A DNA stretch of 35,486 nucleotides from a virus (Duplodnaviria > Heunggongvirae > Uroviricota > Caudoviricetes): the IMG/VR virus record IMGVR_UViG_2724679238_000015, positions 1-35,486 of that record, one strand, 5' to 3'. Within the stretch, counting starts at the first letter, position 1; each line of letters starts with the position of its first letter. Made by a program: the position numbers and the translations under genes. The notes under the pieces are model-generated. The model made no database searches, was not told where the DNA came from, and saw only the letters and a list, made by a program, of their open reading frames with translations. This document shows positions 16,507 to 26,312 of this stretch, one piece after another.

Positions 16507-17001
16507 ATGAGTATGGTTGCCAGAACCGAAACCCGCCCCGCAGAGGATGACATCACTGATACCGATGATGGCGATACCCGTATTTCTGCGGGGGCATTCT
16601 GGCCGGATATTGTGCTGCGTGAGCTGCGTCTGGCGGTACGACTGCCGGGCCGCGTGACCACCTCCCGCCTGCTGCATACCGCCACCGGGGCGGTGGCCCA
16701 CGTTACCCGTGAGCTGGAAGCGTGGCAGCAGGAACAGCAGGCAGCCGGACACGAAACACTGGCCGATGTCCCGGCGCCATTAATTAACGGAGAAAGCGTC
16801 AATCTCTGGCACTGGCGCAATGCGGTTTACACCGCCACCCGTGCCCTGATTCTGGAGCGTTACCGCGATGCGGACACAACGGATAAGGGCGAGCGCCGGG
16901 CAGATGCACTGGACGCACAGGCTGCGGACCTGTGGCGCGATGTGAGCTGGGCCATCTCTGACATTCTGGGAAGACCACGAATGTTTGCGGAGTTGTGCTG
17001 A
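16507..17001 (+). CDS. L: head completion/stabilisation protein (P2 gpL homolog)
   Basis: ATG at 16507 with AGGAG RBS (ORF-track frame from 16498). C-terminal DLWRDVSWAISDILGRPRMFAELC resembles P2 L. Confidence 0.8.
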   Translation: MSMVARTETRPAEDDITDTDDGDTRISAGAFWPDIVLRELRLAVRLPGRVTTSRLLHTATGAVAHVTRELEAWQQEQQAAGHETLADVPAPLINGESVNLWHWRNAVYTATRALILERYRDADTTDKGERRADALDAQAADLWRDVSWAISDILGRPRMFAELC

Positions 17002-17201
17002 TGAAAGTGAAGGCACTGGCAGGCGACACCGTGGATTCGCTCTGTTTCCGGTACTACGGCACGACGCAGGGCGTCACCGAAAAGGTGCTGGATGCCAACC
17101 CCGGACTCTGCCGACAGGTGTTTCTGGAAGCCGGGCAGGAAGTGGAAATGCCGGAGCCGGAGAAGAAGAAACGAGAAATGATTCAGTTGTGGGGGGAGTA
17201 G
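17001..17201 (+). CDS. X: tail protein X (P2 gpX homolog)
   Basis: ATG at 17001 overlapping the L stop. MKVKALAGDTVDSLCFRYYGTTQGVTEKVLDANPGL resembles P2 X, about 67 aa. Confidence 0.75.
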   Translation: MKVKALAGDTVDSLCFRYYGTTQGVTEKVLDANPGLCRQVFLEAGQEVEMPEPEKKKREMIQLWGE

Positions 17202-17203
17202 TA

Positions 17204-17527
17204 GTGAGCACCATTCAAACAGGGATCACAGAGCAGGTTATTGCGTGGCTCTTTGACCACCTGCCAACGGTGTACGCAGCAGGCGCGGCGGTCAGCATTT
17301 CCGCGCTGATGAGCCTTTATGACGGACGAACGCTGGTTCAGACCGTAACGGGATCGCTGGCGTGCGGCGTTCTTGCCATGGCCGTGGCCGGGTCGTTGCG
17401 CTTCTTCGGAGTTCCTGAAGATGCCGTGACGTTTTTCGGCGCATCTATCGGTTTTATGGGCGCAGAAAAAGCACGCGACAAGATCATTGCCGCCTTTAAC
17501 CGCATAACCCAAAAGGGAGATGAATAA
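17204..17527 (+). CDS. putative holin
   Basis: GTG at 17204 with GGGGGGAG RBS. About 107 aa with two or three hydrophobic helices, directly upstream of the endolysin. Confidence 0.5.
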   Translation: MSTIQTGITEQVIAWLFDHLPTVYAAGAAVSISALMSLYDGRTLVQTVTGSLACGVLAMAVAGSLRFFGVPEDAVTFFGASIGFMGAEKARDKIIAAFNRITQKGDE

Positions 17528-17581
17528 GTCTCAGGCTTAAAGCTGGTAATCACCATAAAAATCATTCACAGAGGTGGCGAA

Positions 17582-18127
17582 ATGAAATCGAAAGACGAAA
17601 TTTTTGATGCCGTTCTGGGCAAAGAAGGCGGCTACGTCAATCACCCGGATGACAAAGGCGGCCCGACAAAATGGGGCATCACTGAAAAGGTGGCACGGGC
17701 GCACGGATACCGTGGCGATATGCGTGATTTAACGCGCGGACAAGCACTGGAAATCCTTGAAGCTGATTACTGGTACGGACCGCGTTTTGATCAGATAGCG
17801 AAGCTGTCCCCGGATATTGCCGCAGAACTGTGTGACACCGGAGTAAATATGGGGCCGTCTGTGGCAACCAGAATGCTGCAGCGCTGGCTGAACGCATTCA
17901 ATCAGGGCGGGAAACTGTATCCCGATATGGACACGGACGGACGCACTGGCCCACGCACGATTAACGCATTGCGTGCATATCTGGAAAAACGCGGTAGGGA
18001 CGGCGAGATGGTGATGTTAGCAGCACTGAACTGTACACAGGGTGAACGCTATCTGGAGCTGGCGGAAAAACGCGAAGCCAACGAGTCGTTTGTCTACGGC
18101 TGGATAAAGGAACGCGTGGCAGCATGA
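17582..18127 (+). CDS. endolysin, GH108-type muramidase with peptidoglycan-binding region
   Basis: 181 aa. GGYVNHPDDKGGPTKWGIT and DYWYGPRFD are characteristic of the GH108/TtsA-like family. Confidence 0.75.
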   Translation: MKSKDEIFDAVLGKEGGYVNHPDDKGGPTKWGITEKVARAHGYRGDMRDLTRGQALEILEADYWYGPRFDQIAKLSPDIAAELCDTGVNMGPSVATRMLQRWLNAFNQGGKLYPDMDTDGRTGPRTINALRAYLEKRGRDGEMVMLAALNCTQGERYLELAEKREANESFVYGWIKERVAA

Positions 18128-18531
18128 GGTTATGGACTTCTCTGGGCGTCGCTTTTCTTCTGATTGCCGCATGGGGAGCATCCATGCGTCTGTCGTGGTC
18201 GCTGGGCCGGGAGAACGCCAGATACGAAGCGCAGGCCAGCACCCTGAGAAGTACCGTCGACACCATGAATATCATCAGCGCCGGGGTACAGGATCTGCAG
18301 CAGGTACTGGCACAACTCCGCGCGGAAAATCAGCAACGCAATCAGGACGGAGAGGCCAGACGTGAACAACTACGCAACGATATTGCAAAAGATGAATGCG
18401 CCCACGCTTTGCCTGACGCTCGTTTTACTGACAGGTTGCGCAGGCACGCAGAACGCGCCACTGCCAGCGCCGTCAGTCCGGCTTATACCGCAGACGCTGA
18501 CCATACCGGTAACGCCTCCCCCCTTCCCTGA
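18124..18531 (+). CDS. inner-membrane spanin (Rz/LysB-like)
   Basis: 135 aa. N-terminal TM (LWTSLGVAFLLIAAWGA) then a coiled-coil-like periplasmic region. Start overlaps the endolysin stop. Confidence 0.55.
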   Translation: MRLWTSLGVAFLLIAAWGASMRLSWSLGRENARYEAQASTLRSTVDTMNIISAGVQDLQQVLAQLRAENQQRNQDGEARREQLRNDIAKDECAHALPDARFTDRLRRHAERATASAVSPAYTADADHTGNASPLP

Positions 18532-18682
18532 TACTCCCACCTGGGGAAACCTCGGTATATGGGGCGACCGCCTTCTGGATGCACTGGAAACCTGTAACAC
18601 AGATAAACGGGCCATTGAATTACTGGAGCAGCGCAGACTGCAACGACTGAACAACGAGGACAACAGCCATGCTGAAAACTGA
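18392..18682 (+). CDS. outer-membrane spanin lipoprotein (Rz1/LysC-like)
   Basis: ATG at 18392 in the +1 frame inside the i-spanin gene. Lipobox LLTGC followed by a proline-rich stretch (PVTPPPFPDTP). Confidence 0.5.
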   Translation: MNAPTLCLTLVLLTGCAGTQNAPLPAPSVRLIPQTLTIPVTPPPFPDTPTWGNLGIWGDRLLDALETCNTDKRAIELLEQRRLQRLNNEDNSHAEN

Positions 18683-19136
18683 TTCCCTGCGTGAAGCCAT
18701 GACCCGTTCATGTCGATGGTGTCACGCCAACCCGGAGAAATTCACCATTTTCGTGGAGAGCGGCAACATTGAAACGACCGGAGAAACTCCCTCGTTTGCT
18801 TACCGCTATCAGATGGTGATGTTTGTCATGGATTACGCCGGGGAGCTTGACGACCTGACGCTGCCGCTGCTGGCGTGGTTGTCGGAGAATCAGCCACAGT
18901 TGTTGCTCAACCCTGAGCGTAATCAGGACATCAAATTTTCCGCCGTTATTAATGACGATGACAGCGCCGACATCCTGTTTACGCTGCCCCTGCGGGAGCG
19001 CGTTCGCGTCACGCGCAGCAGTCAGGGCACACCGCAGGCAGAACACCTGCCGGAGCCAAAACCCCGCATGCCCTCTTCCGAAGGCGACTGGTCACATGTA
19101 TTCCAGGATGTGACGTGGGGCGAAAGCGATGGATAA
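18669..19136 (+). CDS. R: tail completion protein (P2 gpR homolog)
   Basis: 155 aa. MLKTDSLREAMTRS...LPLLAWLSENQP matches P2 R (MLKPDSLRRAL...VPVLAWLRENQP). Confidence 0.85.
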   Translation: MLKTDSLREAMTRSCRWCHANPEKFTIFVESGNIETTGETPSFAYRYQMVMFVMDYAGELDDLTLPLLAWLSENQPQLLLNPERNQDIKFSAVINDDDSADILFTLPLRERVRVTRSSQGTPQAEHLPEPKPRMPSSEGDWSHVFQDVTWGESDG

Positions 19137-19764
19137 GGCATTCACCCGCGCGGATGAAACCTTCGAGGCTATCCGCGACAGCCTGAATCAGCAGGCCATC
19201 AATAACATCGCCAGAAGGCTGGCACAGGATTTACGCCGCGCCCAGCAGGCGCGCATCCGGTCACAGAAAGCACCGGACGGGACCGCATGGACACCACGCA
19301 GACGCCGCGTAACCCGGATACAGGAGCGCATTCGCTTTATCTGGAATAACGAAACACGCACGCTGAAAAACTGGCATCACGACACAGGGAAATACGGGCG
19401 AACTATTACCGGGTGGGATGAGGATAAAAACAATATCCGCACGTTTTACCGGGATGACATCGACCGTTTTCTGGAAATACGCACCCGGCGTATCAACCAG
19501 GACAGCACAAAGCACGTCCCCATGTTCGTAAAACTGCGCACCGCCCGTTACCTGAAAGCCCGCGCGGATGCCTCCGGTGTGACAGTAGGTTACAGCGGCG
19601 TGGCCGCACGTATTGCACGCGTTCATCAGCTCGGTGAACGCGATCAGGTTGCGCCGGGTATTTTCACCGATTACCCGGTACGTGAGCTGCTGGGTATCAG
19701 TCAGGCGGATGAGCGCCTGATTTATAACACGGTGCTGGGCCGGATTGCGGAGGCAGTACAGTGA
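19129..19764 (+). CDS. virion morphogenesis/tail completion protein (gpS position)
   Basis: 211 aa, between R and V homologs; assignment is by position only. Confidence 0.55.
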   Translation: MDKAFTRADETFEAIRDSLNQQAINNIARRLAQDLRRAQQARIRSQKAPDGTAWTPRRRRVTRIQERIRFIWNNETRTLKNWHHDTGKYGRTITGWDEDKNNIRTFYRDDIDRFLEIRTRRINQDSTKHVPMFVKLRTARYLKARADASGVTVGYSGVAARIARVHQLGERDQVAPGIFTDYPVRELLGISQADERLIYNTVLGRIAEAVQ

Positions 19765-20342
19765 ACGCAGAACTTATGAGACTGCTGAGCAATATCATCC
19801 GCACCGGGATCATCTCTGAAGTTGATGAGAAATCCTGGTGCGTGCGGGTCCTCAGCGGCGGACTGGAAACAGGCTGGTTGCGCTGGAACACCACGCGCGC
19901 GGGAGCCTTCAACGTGTGGCTGCCGCCATCAGTGGGCGAACAGGTGGCAATTGCCTGCATCGGCGGCAACCCGGAAACAGCCATGATAATTGGCAGCCTG
20001 TGGAGCGATGACATTCCGGCCCCCGGAAAAAACCTGAAAGAAATCGTGGTCAGCGCGCCGGATGGCGCGGTGTTCTGCTACGACGCGGACGCAGGCGCAC
20101 TGAGCGCCAGCGGCATGAAAACGGCCACCCTGCAGGCATCCGTCAGCGTGAAACTGGACACACCTGTCGTGGAGTGCACAAACCTTCTGAAAACAGCCGA
20201 GATTGACGTCACAAAAGGGGGAAAGATGAGCGGCAATATCACGCACAGCGGCGGCAATTTCACCTCAAACGGCATCACTGTGCATACGCATAAACACGGT
20301 GGCGTTAAAGGTGGCAGCGATTCGACAGGAGGACCGCAGTGA
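19761..20342 (+). CDS. V: baseplate spike protein (P2 gpV homolog)
   Basis: 193 aa. C-terminal GNITHSGGNFTSNGITVHTHKHGG matches the gpV spike signature. Confidence 0.85.
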   Translation: MNAELMRLLSNIIRTGIISEVDEKSWCVRVLSGGLETGWLRWNTTRAGAFNVWLPPSVGEQVAIACIGGNPETAMIIGSLWSDDIPAPGKNLKEIVVSAPDGAVFCYDADAGALSASGMKTATLQASVSVKLDTPVVECTNLLKTAEIDVTKGGKMSGNITHSGGNFTSNGITVHTHKHGGVKGGSDSTGGPQ

Positions 20343-20689
20343 CAACCCGCTACACAGGAATGAACCCGGACGGGACGGGAAACCTGAACGATATGGAGCA
20401 CCTGAAACAGTCAGTCAGGGACATCCTGACCACCCCGCTGGCCAGCCGGGTTATGCGACGGGAATATGGCAGTCTTGTCCCTGATTTGATTGACGAACCC
20501 ATGAATAACACTACGCGTCTGCAATGCATGAGCGCTGCTGTGATTGCACTGACACGATGGGAGCCACGCATTGCCCTGAACGCCATTGATGTTGTCTGGA
20601 AGGCGGGAGGCCGCGCCGGGGTGACACTATCAGGTACTGTCATTCAGACCATGCAGAATGTTGAATTAACCATCACGCTGAGGGAGTAA
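20339..20689 (+). CDS. W: baseplate wedge protein, gpW/gp25 family
   Basis: 116 aa; position and GPW/gp25-like pattern. Confidence 0.8.
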   Translation: MTTRYTGMNPDGTGNLNDMEHLKQSVRDILTTPLASRVMRREYGSLVPDLIDEPMNNTTRLQCMSAAVIALTRWEPRIALNAIDVVWKAGGRAGVTLSGTVIQTMQNVELTITLRE

Positions 20690-20692
20690 ATC

Positions 20693-21589
20693 ATGCCTGC
20701 CGTTGACCTTTCACAGTTACCGGAACCCGCCATCATCGCGGAGCCTGATTTTGAGGCAATTCTGGCTGACACAAAGGCCAGGATGATTGCGGCTTATCCC
20801 GCCGAACAGCGCGAAGCAGTCTCCGCCGCACTGGAGCTGGAATCGGAACCCCTGAACGTTATCGCCCAGACAACAGCGTTTCGTGAAATGCTGTTACGCC
20901 AGCGGGTCAACGAGGGCGCACGCGCCTGCATGTTAAGCCACAGCGCCGGGACAGACCTGGACAACCTCGCGGGTAATATGAACACAAAGCGCCTGGTTAT
21001 CACTCCGGCAACGGATACCACCGACGCGGTGATGGAAAGCGACACCTCACTGAGACTGCGGGCGCAGCGGGCGTACGACGGGCTGAGCGTTGCTGGCCCG
21101 TCAGGTGCATACGAGTATTTTGCCCGCAGTGCCAGCGGTCTGGTGCGTGATGCGCGGGCTATCAGTCCGTCTCCGGCAAATGTGACGGTTTCCATCCTGT
21201 CCACTGAAGGTGACGGCACAGCAACGGAGGCATTGCTCAATACCGTTCGCACTGCTCTGAACGCGGAGGACACCCGCCCGGTGGCCGACCGCCTGACCGT
21301 ACAGAGCGCCAGAATCGTGACATGGCGGCTGAATGCAAAACTGTACTTTTACCCCGGCCCGGAATCCGAACCTATTCTGGCCGCGGCGGAATCGTCATTC
21401 AGGAAGTGGCTGGCTGAACAGGGGCTTATCGGTCAGGACGTGGCGTTGTCCGCCATTGCTGCCGCACTTCATGTGCACGGCGTGCAACGCGTGGAGATAA
21501 TCGAACCCACCCAGAATCTGGCCATCAGCGACATACAGGCGGCGCGCTGTGAGTCATTTACCATCAGCGAAGGTGGGCGCAATGAGTAA
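20693..21589 (+). CDS. J: baseplate assembly protein (P2 gpJ homolog)
   Basis: 298 aa; follows W as in P2. Confidence 0.8.
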   Translation: MPAVDLSQLPEPAIIAEPDFEAILADTKARMIAAYPAEQREAVSAALELESEPLNVIAQTTAFREMLLRQRVNEGARACMLSHSAGTDLDNLAGNMNTKRLVITPATDTTDAVMESDTSLRLRAQRAYDGLSVAGPSGAYEYFARSASGLVRDARAISPSPANVTVSILSTEGDGTATEALLNTVRTALNAEDTRPVADRLTVQSARIVTWRLNAKLYFYPGPESEPILAAAESSFRKWLAEQGLIGQDVALSAIAAALHVHGVQRVEIIEPTQNLAISDIQAARCESFTISEGGRNE

Positions 21590-22112
21590 TTCACTGTTAC
21601 CGCCATCAGCCAGCAGTTTCATGCGTTGTGCCGAAGCTGTCGGAACGCGCATTACAGACATCCCGGTAGACCTCAACACGCTGTGGTCGCCGGACACCTG
21701 CCCGGTGCATCTGCTGCCTTATCTCGCCTGGGCGTTTTCCGTTGACCGCTGGGACCGCAACTGGCCGGAGGAAACAAAGCGCCAGGTGATTCGCGATGCG
21801 TGGCTGATACACCGACACAAGGGGACCATCAGCGCACTGCGCCGGGCCATTGAGCCGCTGGGATACCTCATTCGCGTGTCTGAGTGGTGGGAGTTCGGCG
21901 GAGAGCCGGGAACATTTACCGTTGAAGTCGGCACGCTGGACAGCGGTGTGACGGAGGAAATGTATCTGGAAATGGAGCGGTTGATTGCTGATGCCCGCCC
22001 GATCAGCCGCCACATGACAGGGCTGAATATCATTCAGGAAATCCCGGGGGATATTTTCGCAGCGGCGGCAACTTATGACGGTGAAGTTATTACCATTTAT
22101 CCAGGCGATTAA
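21582..22112 (+). CDS. I: baseplate/tail protein (P2 gpI homolog)
   Basis: ATG at 21582 overlapping the J stop; about 176 aa; position between J and H. Confidence 0.75.
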   Translation: MSNSLLPPSASSFMRCAEAVGTRITDIPVDLNTLWSPDTCPVHLLPYLAWAFSVDRWDRNWPEETKRQVIRDAWLIHRHKGTISALRRAIEPLGYLIRVSEWWEFGGEPGTFTVEVGTLDSGVTEEMYLEMERLIADARPISRHMTGLNIIQEIPGDIFAAAATYDGEVITIYPGD

Positions 22113-22114
22113 GC

Positions 22115-24343
22115 ATGAGCACCACAACACGAAAATTTAAAACCGTTATCACCGATACGGGTGCAAAAAAATTAGCACAGGCAGCCGCACCAGATGGCAA
22201 ACCCGTCCGCCTGACACATATGGCCGTGGGTGACGGCGGCGGTACTTTACCCACGCCAGACAGTAAGCAGACCCGTCTCGTGCATGAGGTGTGGCGACAT
22301 ACCGTTAATCGCGTCTTCCTGGACGCAACACATCAGAACCGCATTATTGCGGAGCTGGTTATTCCTCCAGAAACGGGCGGATTCTGGATCCGGGAAATTG
22401 GTGTGTTTGATGAGCACGGCGATTTAATCGCGGTGGGCAATACTGCCGAAAGTTACAAGCCAACCGTTGCCGAAGGGTCCGGGCGTGCGCAAACATTTCG
22501 CACCATCCTGACCGTATCCAGCACGGCCACCGTGGCGCTTACCGTGGATAACACCATGGTGATGGCCACAGTGGATTACGTGGATGACAAACTAAAAGAG
22601 CATGAACAGTCACGACGTCACCCGGATGCCTCGCTGACCGCAAAAGGCTTTACTCAGTTAAGCAGTGCGACCAACAGCACGTCTGAAGCACTGGCCGCAA
22701 CACCGAAAGCGGTAAAGGCTGCATATGACCTTGCTAGCAGGAAATATACCGCACAGGATGCCACCACAGAGCAAAAAGGCCTTGTCCAGCTCAGTAGCGC
22801 CACTAACAGCGTGTCTGAAACGATGGCGGCAACGCCGAAAGCGGTAAAGGCCGCCTATGACCTTGCTAACGGGAAATATACTGCACAGGACGCCACCACA
22901 GCGCGAAAAGGCCTTGTCCAGCTCAGTAGTGCAACCAACAGCCCGTCTGAAACGCTGGCTGCGACGCCAAAAGCTGTTAAGACGGTAATGGATGAAACGA
23001 ACAAGAAAGCGCCGCTGTCGAGTCCGGCACTCACCGGAACGCCAACCGCACCAACTGCGCCAAAGGGTACTAACAATACTCAGATAGCAAACACGGCGTT
23101 CGTTATGGCCGCGATTGCCGCACTTGTAGACTCATCACCTGACGCACTGAATACGCTGAACGAGCTGGCTGCGGCACTGGGCAATGACCCGAACTTTGCG
23201 ACTACTATGACCAACGCGCTTGCGGGCAAGCAGCCGAAAGACGCCACCCTGACGGCGCTGGCCGGGCTTGCTACTGCGGCAGACAGGTTTCCGTATTTTA
23301 CGGGGAATGACACTGCCAGCCTGGCAACTCTGACAAAAGTCGGGCGGGATATTCTGGCTCAAGCGACCGTTTCCGCCGTTATCGAATACCTCGGTTTGCA
23401 GGAAACGGTAAATCAGGCCGCTGGCGCATTGCAGAAAAACCAGAACGGCGCAGATATTCCAAACAAAGATAAATTTACGCAAACAATAGGTGCTTGCCGC
23501 TCTTTTCATAGCTCTATCAGCACAGGAGCAGGGAACTGGACAACGGCACAATTTATCGAATGGCTGGAATCTCAGTGGGCTTTCAATCATCCATACTGGC
23601 TGTGTAAATGCTCATGGTCATACGGCAATAATAAAATTATTACTGACACCGGATGTGGACTTATTCACCTTGCGGGTTGCGTTATTGAAGTTATGGGCAA
23701 TAAAGGCGCCATGACCATTCGTATAACCACACCGAGTACCTCTAGCGGTGGTGGCACCACTAATGCACAATTTATATATATTAACCACGGTTCAGAGTAT
23801 TTACCTGGCTGGCGACGTGACTACAACACGAAAAATCAGCAGGCCGCTTTTGCTTTAGGGATAACAGGAAGCACTGTCGGAAATGATAAAGCTGTTGGCT
23901 GGAACTGGAATAGCGGGGTATATAACGCAAATATTGGTGGCGCATCGACATTAATCCTCCACTTCAATATGAACGCGGGTAGCTGCCCTGCTGTACAGTT
24001 CCGCGTAAATTATAAGAACGGTGGGATTTATTATCGTTCAGCGCGTGATGGTTATGGCTTCGAGGCTGACTGGTCAGAGTTTTACACCACAACCAGAAAA
24101 CCTTCAGCAGCAGATGTTGGGGCATATACTAAAGCGGAATGTAATTCACGATTTATTACAGGTATTCGATTAGGTACAAAATCATCAGCGCAAACATGGA
24201 ATGGTCCTGGCTGGGGCGATAAATCTGGTTACGTTGTTACAGGTTCCGTTAACTCAAACAAAGATGAACTTATTGATACAACACAGGCAAGGCCAGTGCA
24301 ATATTGTATCAATGGCACCTGGTATAATGCGGGAAGTATTTAA
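22115..24343 (+). CDS. H: tail fibre protein (P2 gpH homolog) with phage tail-fibre repeats; C-terminal part lies inside an invertible segment
   Basis: 742 aa. Three tandem copies of the motif QLSSATNS.SE.(L/M)AATPKAVK. The C-terminal region after LGLQETV is the exchangeable receptor-binding part. Confidence 0.85.
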   Translation: MSTTTRKFKTVITDTGAKKLAQAAAPDGKPVRLTHMAVGDGGGTLPTPDSKQTRLVHEVWRHTVNRVFLDATHQNRIIAELVIPPETGGFWIREIGVFDEHGDLIAVGNTAESYKPTVAEGSGRAQTFRTILTVSSTATVALTVDNTMVMATVDYVDDKLKEHEQSRRHPDASLTAKGFTQLSSATNSTSEALAATPKAVKAAYDLASRKYTAQDATTEQKGLVQLSSATNSVSETMAATPKAVKAAYDLANGKYTAQDATTARKGLVQLSSATNSPSETLAATPKAVKTVMDETNKKAPLSSPALTGTPTAPTAPKGTNNTQIANTAFVMAAIAALVDSSPDALNTLNELAAALGNDPNFATTMTNALAGKQPKDATLTALAGLATAADRFPYFTGNDTASLATLTKVGRDILAQATVSAVIEYLGLQETVNQAAGALQKNQNGADIPNKDKFTQTIGACRSFHSSISTGAGNWTTAQFIEWLESQWAFNHPYWLCKCSWSYGNNKIITDTGCGLIHLAGCVIEVMGNKGAMTIRITTPSTSSGGGTTNAQFIYINHGSEYLPGWRRDYNTKNQQAAFALGITGSTVGNDKAVGWNWNSGVYNANIGGASTLILHFNMNAGSCPAVQFRVNYKNGGIYYRSARDGYGFEADWSEFYTTTRKPSAADVGAYTKAECNSRFITGIRLGTKSSAQTWNGPGWGDKSGYVVTGSVNSNKDELIDTTQARPVQYCINGTWYNAGSI
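22643..23000 (+). repeat. tandem 132-bp repeats (about 2.7 copies) inside the tail fibre gene
   Basis: Unit starts at 22643, 22775 and 22907 (AAAGGC...), each encoding a 44-aa repeat ending ...ATPKAVKAAYDLA. Confidence 0.6.
23379..23406. repeat. left crossover site of the invertible segment (gix/hix-like)
   Basis: TTATCGAATACCTCGGTTTGCAGGAAAC; 25 of 28 positions match the reverse complement of 26255..26282. Confidence 0.65.
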
Positions 24344-24345
24344 TT

Positions 24346-24879
24346 ATGATGCATTTAAAAAATATTAAAGCAGGAAACCCCAAAACCGTAGAACAATATG
24401 AATTAACACGACAATTTGGCGTTGTCTGGTTGTATTCTGATGACGGTAGAAACTGGTATGAGGAACAGAAAAACTTTCAGGAAGATACAATAAAAATTGC
24501 TTACACTGCCGATGGAATCATTGTGGCTGTAGATAAGGATGTATCGACAATTAATCCTGAAGGTTTAAGCGTTGTTGAGGTTCCTGATATTACAGCCAAT
24601 AGGCGGGTCGATATTTCTGGTAACTGGATGTTCAAAGATGGCGCAGTGATAAAGCGGGAATATACCGAAGAAGAACAGAGACAACAGGCGGAAAATGAGA
24701 AGCAAAACCTGTTACAACTCGTCAGAGATAAAACTCAGCTATGGGATTCTCAGCTACGACTTGGAATTATTTCTGCTGAGAATAAACAAAAATTGACCGA
24801 GTGGCTGCTCTACGCGCAGAAAGTAGAGTCTACGGATACCTCCGTCCTGCCAGTCACGTTCCCCGAACAACCAGAATGA
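24346..24879 (+). CDS. G: tail fibre assembly chaperone (P2 gpG homolog)
   Basis: 177 aa immediately after H. Confidence 0.8.
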   Translation: MMHLKNIKAGNPKTVEQYELTRQFGVVWLYSDDGRNWYEEQKNFQEDTIKIAYTADGIIVAVDKDVSTINPEGLSVVEVPDITANRRVDISGNWMFKDGAVIKREYTEEEQRQQAENEKQNLLQLVRDKTQLWDSQLRLGIISAENKQKLTEWLLYAQKVESTDTSVLPVTFPEQPE

Positions 24880-24882
24880 GAG

Positions 24883-24908
24883 AAGGCCCGTTCGGGCCTT
24901 ATTTTTTA
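24883..24908. terminator. bidirectional hairpin terminator between the convergent tfa and tfa' genes
   Basis: AAGGCCCG / CGGGCCTT stem followed by ATTTTTTATT on the plus strand and an A-rich run on the other side. Confidence 0.55.
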
Positions 24909-25319
24909 TTCAGGCTTTTGTGGCCATTCTGGATTTGCCGTATCCACGCGGCTGAGCAGAACGCTGTAACGCTCCCACGACTCCAGCATTTCTCGCTCAG
25001 CATCAGTAGCCATCCCCAGTTTTACGGCTCGCTCCAGTGGTAATATAAAAGATTCCGCTTCCGCCAGAAGTTTAGATTTTTGCCTCTCTGCTTGTCCTGT
25101 TAACTCTTCCTGAGTTGGCGGCTCTGGCTCTGTCACTACTGGCTGACCATATTCATTGATATTGATGGTTTTTCCTTCTGACTGCTTTTGCAAAAGATAG
25201 TTATACCATCGCTCTGATATTTCAGTAAGGTCTTCTGGCCATGAGTCATTATTCTGGTAGTCGTTTTTTAATTTATCGTCGTAAAAACCTTTCGTTGATG
25301 GGCTGTAATAAATCGTCAT
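24906..25319 (-). CDS. alternative tail fibre assembly chaperone (tfa')
   Basis: 137 aa ending ...NPEWPQKPE; convergent with G inside the invertible segment. Confidence 0.7.
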   Translation of the reverse strand: MTIYYSPSTKGFYDDKLKNDYQNNDSWPEDLTEISERWYNYLLQKQSEGKTININEYGQPVVTEPEPPTQEELTGQAERQKSKLLAEAESFILPLERAVKLGMATDAEREMLESWERYSVLLSRVDTANPEWPQKPE

Positions 25320-25320
25320 A

Positions 25321-26282
25321 TTAGTAACCTATAGCTGTCCAGTACATATTGCCATTACCTTCGCTGTTAAATTTCGCCCCGGTTCTGGATAGTGAGTTAA
25401 CAGCAATACTGTAGTCAAATCGCCCGTGTGCGTTAGTGATTGTTATGCTGGCACAGGCGGATGGAAAAGCCACCGGAAATGTTAATCCCGCTCCAGCGTT
25501 AGAAATATATCCCCACTGTGTAATAACTCCCGTAGAGGCATCTTTATGCCAGCCATTCGCCGCTTTGGACGCGGTATTTTTAGCCTGATAACGGGAATCA
25601 AAATTACCGTAATTAGATGGTATAACCTGACCAGTGACTCTGAGCGCATCAGACTTCAAAAACATCAGGTCTTTTGTTGTGCTTCCAGCCCTGATACGCC
25701 ATTTGAAATATTCATTGCCATTATCACCAGTTTCAAACCACAGGTATGAGTCAGTATCGGAATCTGAATCATTTTTAAATCCGATTTTCGCCCAGTCGGT
25801 GTTTCTTTCCCAAATCAGGAAGGAATCATTTATAAATTTAATACTCCCTGACATGCTACCGCCAGCTAATGCCAATACTGCGAGCTCTGCCGGGGTCGGT
25901 TTGCTTTGTGAATTATATTCTCGTGCCCACGGGGTCCATGGTTCTGATGAATATTTGCTACGTGACCACACTCTTGAGGAGTTATACACATGATAAATTT
26001 GTTTTACGCCAGCATTTTTTAACACAATTAAATTTCCGGCGTTATTCTCCGGGTAGTTTAATGCAGAGCTTGTATTAGCGTTAAGCGACTGATGGTACAG
26101 ACCAGGAGTCATATAATCATTTAAGTTTTGATTAGCACCAATAGAAATGCTCTGCCCATTAAAAATATCCTGTGAAGTAACATTTATATCACTGGTTAAC
26201 GCACGCCCGTTTACTTTGCGTGTTGCTGGCACCGCCCCTGCCGCTAACTCTACTGTTTCCTGTAAACCGAGGTTTTTGATAA
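25321..26282 (-). CDS. alternative tail fibre C-terminal cassette, start-less; would fuse to the H N-terminus after inversion
   Basis: Minus-strand reading frame continues through the right crossover site and encodes [14 protein letters not shown], matching YLGLQETVNQAAGA at the left site in H. No independent start is expected. Confidence 0.65.
26255..26282. repeat. right crossover site of the invertible segment
   Basis: Reverse complement reads TTATCAAAAACCTCGGTTTACAGGAAAC. Confidence 0.65.
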
Positions 26283-26312
26283 TGGTCGTTTCTGGCCCAC
26301 ATGGCATGATTT

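Larger units (their letters stand above)
23379..26282. other. invertible tail-fibre segment (G-segment type), about 2.9 kb
   Basis: Bounded by 28-bp inverted repeats. Contains the H C-terminus plus tfa on the plus strand and a start-less alternative fibre C-terminus plus tfa' on the minus strand. A serine invertase gene is adjacent. Confidence 0.7.

Noticed and set aside
16089-16820. 243-aa minus-strand ORF spanning the M/L gene junction
   Set aside because: Antisense to two conserved head genes; Ser/Arg/Cys-rich translation; no RBS.
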